64,000 nucleotides of DNA, from positions 246,705,741 to 246,769,740 of the forward strand of contig CM041465.1 of assembly GCA_023213395.1 (NCBI GenBank), read 5' to 3'. Position 1 is the stretch's first letter; every line of letters begins with the position of its first letter. The DNA is from Cycas panzhihuaensis. Lineage: Eukaryota; Plantae; Cycadophyta. The notes under the pieces are model-generated. The model saw nothing but the letters and a program-made list of their open reading frames with translations. It searched no databases and was not told the DNA's origin. The translations under genes were made by a program, and so were the position numbers. Of this stretch, positions 41,701-53,700 are shown piece by piece.

Positions 41701-44700
41701 AAGGGGACTCCAACCCCTATACAAGATCTACTAGAACGACTACAAGAGTCCGTCGTGACAAGCCCACGGCCTAACTGCTCAAAAATACCCAACCTATCAG
41801 ACTTGACTCAATTGGAGCTTATGGCCCCCAAATCATTACTAACCAGATCCACAATCTCCTTGGGGATATCGTCCCTCCACACCACGTTCCTCCTAGGCTG
41901 AACCCCCATGTTAGTTAGCTGGTCAGCTGCCCCATTTCTTTCCCTATAAATGTGGTTCACCCGAACATTTTCACACATTTGAAGTAGCATCTTCACATCA
42001 TTAATCATAGCTCTATGCTTCCAATCTGGCTCCGTTTCCCCTTTAATCAATTTTATCACATTTAGGGAATCCCCTTCCACTGTGACTCTCGGGAATCCCT
42101 CTTTGGATACCAAATCCACGGTTCTGCACATTGGCTCAATCTCAGCATTGTGATTTGTCTGAATACCATAATAGTCAGCGAAAGCCTAGAGTACCTTGCC
42201 TTCTCTGTCTCTGCAGAGTCCACCACCCACCGCCTCACCGGGGTTACCTTTTGACGCTCCATTGAAATTTTCTTTAACCCAGCCCTCTGGTGGAGGACAC
42301 CGTGTTCCCTGCCTCCTTGTCTCTACCTTTAATTTGAGGTTCTCATAACCCCAATTTGCTAGGATCTTCCTTTCTTCAAGAGGAGTAGAGCAATCTTCCT
42401 TCTCTTTGAAGGTCTCTTTCACGACAACAATAATGATCCCTAATAATTTTGATTCATTCGTTCTTTTATCTTGAAAGATACGCTTGTTCCTTTCTTTCCA
42501 TATATTCCATAACAATGTGGGTAAGGAAGTTATCCACAAGGAACTCAGTGTACTGCACCTGAAGGGGCTTACTTAGGCATCAACTAAATTCTTCACGGTC
42601 CTGAGCGGGACCCAAGTTACCTCGAAGAGGCTCCACAACTTCATCCACAACTCCTTGGTGTAGGTGCAGTGCAAAAAAATGTGATCAATAGACTCCTCCT
42701 GAATGCATAGAATGCATCTATTCGCCATCGAGAAACCTCTTTTCATTAGATTATCTAAGGTAAGAATCTTATTCTTGAGGCAGAGCCACCAAAAGATAGC
42801 TACTTTGGGAATTAACCCATTTTCCAGACTCCCCCAAGCATCTTATTTTCATTTATCCCTTTCTCAGAGATCAAAAACAGATATCCATATTTGATTGTGT
42901 AGATCCCAGAGGGGGAGGCAAGCCAAATTAGAGAGTCATTTTTAGGGAATCTGGGGATGTACATTTTATTTATCTCATTCCTGAAGGCTACAATTTGTTG
43001 CTTTCCATCATGGTCAAGGGGATTCCTTCAAAACATTTCCATTTCTTCACGTCCTCTCGATCCTCCTAATAACCCTTCACCTTTTTACTGTAAAGCCTTT
43101 CGCAAACAACCTATATAGGTGTGAGGGCAGGCCTCTTGTTTAGTTGGGTATGGCCACACCAGATATCCTCTCTGAAGTCAATTGTCTTCCCATCCCCTAA
43201 ACACCACTGAACTCTTGACACCAGCATCTTCCTTCCATAAACTAGACTCCTCTAAATCGTAGATCCCTGCTTACCTAGGGTATTTTGCTTCAAGTACTAA
43301 TTGTCTATGAGATATTTTCGTGCAACAATCTTCAACTAGGGCCTCATCTCCTTATTGGCTAGGTTGCAGCCCAATTTGGCTGCTAAGGCTCTATTGAAAC
43401 AAGCTATATTCTTTACGTTCAGGCCCCCCACCCATTTAGGGAGGCAAACTTTCTCCTAGGACACTAGGTGGATTCTCTCCCTATCCTCTATCCTAAACCA
43501 CAAAAACCTTTTCTGAATAAGCTCAAGGGCACTTATGACCTTCACTGGACACCTAAACAAAGACAACATATATGTAAGTATGGTCTAGAGGGAAGTCACC
43601 AATAGTTGAAGTTTCCCAGTGTGGCTCAATGAGGCCCCTTTCCAACCAGTTAATTTCTTTTGTATTTGACTAATAATTGGGTTCCAAAGGTCCTTCTCCA
43701 TTCTGCCTACAAATAGCAGTATTCTGAGGTACAAGGTTGGAAGCGTCCTGATGGGCATTTCCAGGATCCTGCTAATAACTCTTTGAGTCTTCTCCAAAGT
43801 ATTCAAAAAAAATATATTGCTCTTGTCTAGGTTTCCCTTCTAGTTCGTTGCTGCTTCGAATCTATCCAACTACATTTTTATAGCTCTAGGTTCCTTTATG
43901 GCCACCCTGCTCAACACAATGTTATCATCCATGAAGTGATAGTGAACAATGTTGTCAACCCCTGAGGTTGGCCTTAAGCCCACGATCCTCCTGGTTTTCC
44001 TGGCCTCCTCCATTGACTTGCCTATTAGTTTAGCCATGATGATGAACAGGTATGGGGCAAGGAGGTCCTCTTGTCTCAGGCCTCTATAAGCTGGAAAGAA
44101 GGCGGATGAAGTGTCGTTTACCATTACTGAGAAGTTTGGCTTAGAGATACATCTTTCAATCCATTTCCTCCAATGATCACCAAGCCAAAGGCTCTGGTGC
44201 ATTCACTCAAGCACCTCCACGAGACCCTATCATAAGCCTTTGAGAGATCAATTTTGACGATCATGCCAGACTCCTTCCTCTGAGAGGTCGAATGAACCGT
44301 TTCATGGACCATAATAATACCATCCAGAATCTGTCAACCCTTTACAAACCCATCTTGATTTGGACCTATGATCAAAGGGAGAAATTCTTTTAACGTGTTA
44401 TCTAATATCTTACCTAAGATTTTATACTTCACATTGCACAAACTGATGGGCCTAAAATCCTCCATTCTCTTTGCATCACCTTTCTTCGGGATTAAGACCA
44501 GGAAAGCGGCTTGCAATTCGTTATGGATCTTGCCATTCTCGAAGAACTCCTTCACAGCTTCAAGGAGGTCATCTTTTATGATATCCCAATATTCTTGATA
44601 AAAGCTAGAGGGAAAGTCATAAGGTCTAGGGGTTTTCTCTCTCTTCATCCCCAAAACAACTTTCCTCATCTCTTCCAATGAGAAAAGGGCTTCCAAAGCT

Positions 44701-47700
44701 CTCTTCATGCCGTTTCCAACCTTCTTGAGAATCAAGGCCAACATCTCCCTCCTGGCTTCCTCGTTCGTGCAACCCAGTTCATTGAATAGCTCCTTGAAAT
44801 ACTCCACTGCTACATCCTTAATGGCTTTATGCTCCGAGATCTCCTCACCCTCCTTATTGATCAAGGTCTTAATTTGATTGCTAAATCTATGTTTTAAAGT
44901 TGTCATATGGAAGAATTTCGTGTTTCTATCTCCCTCGGTAAGCCACAAGACCCTAGACTTTTGCTTCCAAAAGATTTTCTCCTTTGCCAAAACTCCCTCT
45001 AGCTTGATAAGGAGGCTTCTTTCATTCTGGTCTAGGGTCAGAGACCTCCCTTGCTCTTGGATTTCCTCCTTCAAGTCCTTTAACTCCTCCAAAATCTGGT
45101 TCTTAATAATAAAGATATTCCTGTGGGATGTCTTGTTCCAATCTTTAATTTGATACTTTACCCAATTCAATTTTTTTGAAAATCGAAACATCGTGCATCC
45201 TTGTACAGGGATCTTCCACCATTCTGTGATCAAATCACGGAGGCCTGGGTCCTTAGTCCGCATCAACTTGAAGTGGAAAGGGGCACCCATATAACCTTTA
45301 TTTTCATCAAATCCCAACACCAAGGGGGAATGGTCCGAGACTGTTGGCAAGGCTTCCGAGCTGATGTTACTATGTTGGCTTGCCCAAGCATAGTTAACTA
45401 TCACTTTGTTCAATCTTACCTGGATATGATTAGTGCCCAATCTTTTGTTTGACCAGGTAAACTTGGGTCCTCTCAGGGGGACGGACATCCATCAAGCCCC
45501 CCTTCTGCATAAAAGCTCCCAGGTCATCCATGCTCTTTGTCCACCCAGTCTGACCACCCTTCTTTTCTTCAGGGGATAAGGCCGAGTTGAAGTCACTAGC
45601 AATCAACCAAGGGCTGGACCACTCCTTATGAGCCTTGAACAACCTAACCCATAATCGCTTTCTCCCCTCCTGCATTAAGGGGGCATAAACAAAGTGACTA
45701 GCCATTTGATGTTTGATTTCCTGCAGGTCAACCAATTGGATATAAAGTGAACCTCAATGTGGCAAACCTCTCCTTCCTAGCCTAGGGGATTCCACATGGT
45801 GGCTAAACCGCCAGAACCCTTGCTCCCATCTGAGGTAATCCACTCTGCTCCTTTTTATACTCTGTTCTTAATGTTGGCTCTGTTCTTAGCTTCCAATCTG
45901 ATCTCTTGGAGTAGAAGAATATCCAACTCCATGTGGCCATGCAAATCTTTTACCATTCTATATTTTGACGGGGCATTTATGCCCCGTATATTCCAGGAGG
46001 TAAGTTTCATGTTAACTTGCCCCCCTTTCCCTCCCAAACCACATCATCTCTTGCTTCTAGTTTTGGGCCCTTGCCCTCCTCCTCCATCTCTTAGGGTTCG
46101 TTGTGTCCCTTGATCTATCTAAAGCACTACTTCCCTTTCACGCAACACCTTCAATGATGGCCTCCCAGGTCTCTTTTCACTGTCGAAGTCGGGGCCCTTA
46201 GTATAATCTGGTTCCTTGGCTTCTTGATTCCTTGCATCTCTAACCTTTCAAACCTTTTCAAATTTCCTTTGTTCCTCTTGTCTCTTCGGGGTGTGCTCTT
46301 CTTCCTTTTGAGAATGTTCCTTCATATCCATAGACTCCTTGCTTGCATTTCTTAGATGGGTTTCTTCAAAATGTATCTGTGAGGGATCTGGAGGGGCCCT
46401 CAATTCAACCTCCCCTTCTTTAAGAGTATCTTCATCGTCCAAATTTAGGCTCTGCCCTGTCTCTATTAGATTTGGATCTTGCCCAACCTCTAATAGAATT
46501 TGGCTCCTGTCTAGCTTGTGTTTGGGTATCCTCATTCCCTTTAATCTCTTCAATACCTTTGTTAGGGCCATCCTGCTCCTTGTTGTTCTTTATATTTACA
46601 TCCTCATCACAAGATGCCGTAAGGTTTGGCCTTGGTACTCCTGGGCAGTTATGAGGTACATGACCCAAGCATTTACATTTTAAGCATCTCGCGTTTTCAA
46701 GTTAGTACAATAGCTTCTGCTCTCTGTTCCACCCAAACCCATCAATTATTACCTAATTGGGGAGAGGTTTATCTGTTCTAGCCAAAACACAAAATTTGGC
46801 ATTGACTAATCAGCTCCTGTTCTTTGTGGTCGAGTCCACTGCCAGGAGAGGTCCTATTGCCTTTGCTATCCCTTTAATAACATCGAGGTCCCAGGCTTGA
46901 TGTGGGAAGCTTGGTAGTTGTACCCAAAGGGGAATTTGCTTGATGGAGGCCCTCAGTTGGGTCAAAATCTGGGTGCCATTTCTCCATGAGCATCGTCTTC
47001 CTCCCCATCATCCAGGGTGATTTTAACAATACCTTAACCATATCTTCTTGGAACGTAAACTTGAAAAGGATGCACCCTTTTGGGAGTGCAATAACCTCTA
47101 CTAGGCCTTTAAGCTTCCATCATTGGCCAACCCATTTCCTTATGGGATCAACTCCCATCCTGGGACTTGAGAAACACCCCACTAGACTAATTCCCCAATA
47201 TTTTCCCATCCGGTCTGATAATCTCTTAGGTACGAGGATTCTAATCTAGTCCTCACCTTTGATGGGGTTTATGTCAAAAGTCTCCACTTCGTCATTTCTT
47301 AACGCTTCTAGGTACAATTTCCCACTGAGTGGAGAATGGATTTGGTTAAGGTTTACTAACTGTTTTGTTTGATAAAGGGAATCCACGTTCCAATTACACT
47401 CTGTTTCTTCCATAATTTAAACAAAACACAAAAAAAAAAAAAACTTTCATCTAAGTAGAAACACAATTCTCACCCTATTTAAAATGGGTATCCGATGATA
47501 TACGCCAACTGCATAACTGAGATCTTCTTCTTAGAGTAGTATTTGTTCTAGGTTTGAAGGATCTTCTGTATTCTGGCTTCCTCTACGTCTTAGGGAATCA
47601 ATTCTTGTCTCTCCTCTTCTCTAAATCTGAATAGTTATTGTTACACCTTTCTTCCGTGCCTGTCAGCACCTTTGAAGCTCTTGCTTTGTCACTCCACTGG

Positions 47701-50700
47701 CTGCGGCTCCCATCGATAGCCAAATGTCCTTTTGGCTCTCAACAGTCTTCAAAGGGATGCAACAATGAGTAGCGATACCTTCTAGGGCCCACTCCTTGCT
47801 CTGCAATCATCTGAGAAGGCCCCAGGTCACTGGAAGGACGCGAAATGCAAACCCTAGTCGTCTCTATTCACTGTTCATCCGTCTTCCTTCCTCCCTTGGC
47901 TAAAATCGTCCTCATATGAATATTAATTCCAATACTCCCCTTGATGGTACTGCATTGATTAAGGAAGAAGGGGAGGAAAACTTCAAGAAGAAGAACAGAG
48001 AGTTGTTGATGTGATGCTTGCAACTTTTCATAAAGAAAATCTTCCTCCTTACCAATTCCTTATTCATACACTTCAAAATATTGACTTAGCTAAAGAGGCC
48101 TGTAACTTGTTGAGGAAAGTGCATGAAAGAGACATAAAGAAGTATAGGAGACTGTAAAAAGGACAAACAAATTTTGTGATGTAGGTAACAAGGATGAAGT
48201 AGGAAAGAAGGTTACTCTTGAAGAACAAGCTATGTGCAACAACTTGACCAAAAATTAGATAAAGAATCTGAAGAGGAAGGCAAAATGGGTAATGCAAATA
48301 ATTAGATTGATTTTGGTAAGGATAAAATTTTCATAGACTCATTTGATATTCTGAAGGAAGTTGAAAAGATGTGTGAACTTGTTTATGAGAATAGGTCCTA
48401 TATTAAACATAATGATTGCGAATCCCTATTGCATATTCCTGAAAATAAACTAAGTATTAAAGTAACAAATGGGTTCGATGATCGCCATTTAAAATTTAAG
48501 GAAGAAGATAAAAATGAAGATTTGATGATTGAGAAGAATATTATCTCACCAAACACTTTGAGCCTTACAATGTTGAAAGTGAAGATTGCATTGCAAATGT
48601 TAAAAGGGTGGAGGTTGAAAAACCTAAAAATGATTTCATAAAGAATCTGTTATAGGTGGTACATTATGGTGACATAGTTGCCTTAGTAAAAGGTTTGGGT
48701 AACATTATAGTTATTTTTTTGATTGATTACCATTTTTCAAATGTTATTAGGTCACATAGTTGTATGCATGTGCACAAAACTTTGTTTGGTCACATTCAAT
48801 ATGACAACATTTTTTGTTTCTGTTCTTGAAAGAATTCAAATTGTGTTAATATATCTTGCAATGGCACTGGAAGATTCTTTCAAAGAAAGGAAGGATATAG
48901 TTGGAATGTCATTTGGTCAAAATTTTGTCTACCAAGATTGTTGTATATTTTGGGCAGGTTACTTGGTTTTGAAAATCAATCATGTTGAGGTGATATATTG
49001 TTTTTATATAACCATAATTGGGAAACGTGCACATGTGATTGTGACAAAAATTTTCATCATATTTGGCACGTCCTTGGATAATGAAAAGAAAACAAAGTAT
49101 TTTGTTGAATTAGGACAAGCACTTGCATTTGTGGAGTTAGGAAAGAAATCGCTGTTCTTCCTTTCTTTCAAGAGACTATTTGTGAGTTTGAGAAGTTGAT
49201 CATACTTGTTGCCTTGGAGACAAATAAATGTTCATGGAAGTCTTAAAGTTCAAACCATATGTTGTCACATTTGATTCTAGAGACAATAATCAAAAGAGAT
49301 CACACTTATAGTTAGGACACTCAGATACTGTAACAGTTATTAAGCAAGAAACACGAGATGATGGAACAAGCTTATGACATCGTCTTTAGGAAGATTCTCA
49401 AATTGAGGCACTACAAATTCAAATAACATCTCATGTCTTGTCTTGTGTCAATCAGTCAGTAGTATTAGTTGTCATGATGTCTTTGGTATTCAGTTTGTTG
49501 TAGTCTTGACATTAAAGGTCAAATATTAAGGGGAGGTGTTAGAAGATAATGTTTAACGTAAATATTTAATGTATCAAGGTGTAAGCTGTGTTTTAGGGTC
49601 AATAGTGTTGTAGTCCTAAATATTATGTTAGGGTCTAAGGGTCTCATATTATAATATTGTTATGTAAGAAATTGAAAGGTCATTGGTTAGTTAGAAAGTG
49701 AAAAGTCATTGGGTGAGTTAAAGGTCTTTTGTCCCTCATGTTACTAACCTCACTTTCATATTTCCACCTATGGTGTATAAATAGGTGCGAAAGGTAGAGT
49801 AGGCGTATGAAGTCATCATGGAGTCTCTTGTTGAGACCGTAGTGTGATAGTATGTTGTTGTCATCTTTGACATGAGTTAATACAATTTCTATTTTGTTCA
49901 TTGTTGTTGAGGTTGAATGCTTTCCATGTGAAAGTTTAACATGGTATCAGAGTAGGTTGCATGTTTAGGCTGTTGTTTTGTAGGTTCGCCAAGTTTTTGA
50001 GAAGGGAGGAGGTGGCTTTGTTAAATTGGTTGTCGAATTGAAGATTTGAATTGGGAAGTTGAAGTCTCAAAGCCAATCACTATTGCAAAGTGTGCCAAGT
50101 GATGATAAGGGACAAAATTTGTACCAGGTAATTCTGTTCCTTTATTTTGTTATAAGAAAAAGATTATGAAGTCGTTGATTGATGAAATTGAAATTAAGGG
50201 TGACATGTGAAGAAAGTGCTAGTCATTGAATTCTATGAAGATCTAATATCCGTTAGGGTTTGTTGAGGCCCTTGGGACATTTTCAAAAACTCTTAAGTAT
50301 TCTTGTGAGATGACTTGCATGTCTGGGTGGACTTTTGTTTTTGCTTTTGCAGGCTCTGATATTGAATAACAATTAACGACATAACTTGGAGTTCATTTTC
50401 ATAGGATCTTCTCCATTTGATTTGAAAATACTATTTGGTTTGGGATGCTTGGGAGGGTCCTGCATTTGTACTTCCTTCCATTCTAGATAAATACCATAAA
50501 TAGTTGTTTGTAATTCATTAAAAATGTCTCTACTGTTCTCAACCATTGTACCTTTAACACCGCATTGACTCCTCCAAGTGGCATTGCAAACATCGCAAAT
50601 TCCAAGGAATACTCTTCAATTGTTAATGGGACTTTAGAGCAGATTCTTTCACAAAGCATAGCCTTTCCAAAATGATAGCCACTTGAAATTGTTTATACAA

Positions 50701-53700
50701 GACTTGTAATCATGTTCATTTGGCTACTTGTTGATAAAATTATGAGTGCTTCCATCATCCACTAGCACTATGACCACCTTGTTTTTTATCATTTTGTGGA
50801 GTTGCAATGTTTGTAGTAATGTGACCTTGTTGTTCTAGTTGTAGTTTGTAATGAGATTTTGACTCCTTCAGTGTTCATATCTTCTAATTCCTCCTTAATT
50901 TGACTGCCTTTTGTGTTTAAATCATTGGCTTCCACTTCCTCCATTGTTTAATCATTCTCTATCATGTATATTCTTTTTTCCTGAAGGCACTTGTGATCAT
51001 GGTTCCATTTAGCTTTGCATGTAAAATAGGTCATTTTTTTTAGACGTTTTGCCCTTCCTGTGTTATTTGGTTGACCTATCTTTTACATGGGGATTTTTGG
51101 TTTATTTTTGGAATCTCGGTGTAATGTTCTTCTAGTTGATGGAGAATCCCCCTTATTCTCTTCTTGTTTGAAGTGCTTGATATTGGGCACAAAATTTTGT
51201 CTTCACATTTTGAGATTGTACCATGTGCTATCTTGAGACCCAAGACTTTCATTATTTTCAATTGGTAGCGTATGTTTTCTTTTAGACCCTCGATGTAAGA
51301 CTCTATTAGATACTTATCTATTTTTTTCAATAATTTTGTTTAGTAAACTATGGAACTCTTGTATATTGTTGTCGTTCATGTCTGTTAAAGCTTATGTAGC
51401 TTGGCATAAAAGTTTGAATCCCACATATCTTTGTGTTATTTCCAAATTGATTTAGCGAAGAAATCTCAATTGAAATGTGTTGTATTTTGATAATCCCATT
51501 GCCACCATTGGAACTAGTGGAGTGCACTGTTTCTCAAACGCAATGGTGCAAAACATAATTTTTTGAGTCTGGCCTTATGATGGATGGTAAAAAAAAAAAA
51601 TTCCATATTTGTTAACCAACTTCAAACGTCCTTGCTTTTGTTGGGGTTGAATAGTTCTAGATGGAGCTTCATGTTTCTTAGTCCTTATTAGATCTCTTGT
51701 TGATCAATTCTTTTGTGCTTTAGCCACTTACGTTCATCATTATCCTCTTTTCTGTTTTCATTTTCTCCTTGTGTTGGTTTCCACTATTTAGTTTTTTGAG
51801 GCCTTCTAAGACTCTCTCGATCTTGGCATCCATGTTTTTTTTTTCAGTTATGGCTTTTATTTCTTCCTCTTGTGCTCCCAATATGGTTTTGACACTATAT
51901 TCAATTCCTAAAAGGTGCAACACCCCACTCTTTCGATATTCAACTATTATGGGTTTGATTGATCCCAAACGAAGCTCCAACCTGTCAATCCAAATGTATT
52001 TATGTATTTTTAATTTTAGGTCTTAATCACCAAAATTAAAATAACTTATATTTCAACTATGAAAGCTAAATGGAACCTTTCTTGATAGAAATATAATGAA
52101 AAAATGCTTCCAATGAATTTAATTTGAGGTGATTTAGAGACTTGTAGCTTATGTAATGACTCTTTGAAGTCGATTAAAATTTAGGGTTTTTGAGGATAAT
52201 ACTAATACATGTTATTAATTTACTGTTAACTTTTGATTTTGATATCCAAGCTAGTTGAATCCATTTTTAAGAGAAAGTAGATTTCAAGATGTTCCTATTA
52301 AAAAAAATTATTTGTAGTTAGTTGGATAGCCATATCTTTTTTTTATGTTTGGTGGAAGTTGTAGTAGCAGATTTTTGACCCTATAGATAGTAGTGGGTAG
52401 CAAGCCGAGTTTAAAGCCCTTACAAATTTTGCAATTCTGCTCCAAAACTTGTAACATGACCACTCATAATTTACAGAATAGGTGTGGCCATTTTAAATTT
52501 GTGATTGTTTTTTCAAAATTTAATCATTTACACCTTCAAAATGGTAGATATGTGGTAAAATCTTAATTGGCTAAGACTATGCTCTAGTACATTTGTTGCC
52601 ACCCTCTTAAATGGAAGCAATATAATAGTAGTCTCTTTTGAGGCAATGAGACCTCTAGAATGTTGTTAGGTAGTCACCACAAGTATAAAATTAAAATTGA
52701 GATAATTATCTTCAAGCACAAGATGGGTTACCATATTCACCTAGCTCAATCCTTCATTTTTCTTCCAAAGTACCAATTTTTAAATTGGATATTTGTATTC
52801 CTTTATTTTTGGAACATAACACTTTTTGAAGCCATGTTTTGTCTCCTTTCATAATAACATCCATGTGATTTTTTTCAAGGGTCCCTTCCTATAATATAAG
52901 TGGTTTAGAGCATAGTTACAAAATATGCCCGTATTTGGGCAAAATACACATGTATTTGACCTTCTGTCTTTGGATGTTGATGGACATCTCAGGTTTGAAC
53001 TATAAGGAAAAATAAAGCCTTAACAATGTTTCAGTTATAATTTTGAAGGCCTATGGGTGCTCTCAAATTATGTATTAAGTATTCAAATATGCATGAATAT
53101 CAATAATTACTTATTTTATTTTCTTTGTTTTTTATGTTCTTTGTATTTTTTTCATATGTATAGAGTGCCATATTTTTTTATTGCATTTTTTATATCTAAA
53201 AAATTTCCCATATTCTCTGTATTTTTTGAGTTTAGCTTATATCTTGTTCATCCTGTGCCTTGTGACCGTGGTTCAAAGTCTGGAATTTTGAATGTCTAAC
53301 GTTTTTGTGATATGTTCTTGTACTGCATAATTACAAGTTTTGCTGAATTTCTTCCTCTTGATCGTTGGGTTTGGGAATTCCAGGGCCTGGCAAAATTTCT
53401 TGCTAAATTGAGCAAATTTATGTTAATAGCCAACCTTGACTATTGATGGGGTTAGGCTTGACTTACGGCGTTGGGCACGGTTCAGTCTGGAATTTTGAAT
53501 GTCACATTTTTGTGATATGTTCTTGGGCTGTATAATTACAAGTTTTGCTGAATTTCTTCCCTTTGATCATTGGGATTGGGAATTCCAGGGCCTGGCATAA
53601 TTTCTTGCTAAATTGAGCAAATTCTTGTTACCAGCCAACCTTGACTGTTGATGGGGTTGGGCTTGACTCTTGATGGGAAGTGTGGGGTCCACATCTGGAC

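Larger units (their letters stand above)
41661..47941 (-). mobile_element. Full-length L1-clade LINE with RNase H, decayed
   Basis: 15-bp TSD TGATGGTACT(A/G)CATT at 41646-41660 and 47942-47956; poly(A) tail as T10 at 41662; ORF1 and ORF2 both present. Confidence 0.95.
39320..49941 (+). mobile_element. Miniature non-autonomous copia, unit B (inverted relative to A, interrupted by a LINE)
   Basis: 5' LTR 39320-39691 lacking its first ~17 bp; PBS TGGTATCAGAGC at 39692; gag start GTNFHFWAIKME..GLWKII (41483); PPT AAGGGGAGG; LTR 49537-49941. Confidence 0.9.
33948..52821 (-). mobile_element. Ty3/gypsy chromovirus-type element, internally deleted, host of nested insertions
   Basis: LTRs ~33948-34177 and 52594-52821; PBS-like rc GCTCTAGTAC at 52581; flanks CTCCT/CTTTT (possible decayed TSD); chromodomain-adjacent LPKLNDEGSLILQPESILDTR (34226-34474); protease VLVDDGSTHNFI near 50750; reading VFENVPR|ELPPNQG is continuous across the 35029-50267 insert. 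Confidence 0.85.
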
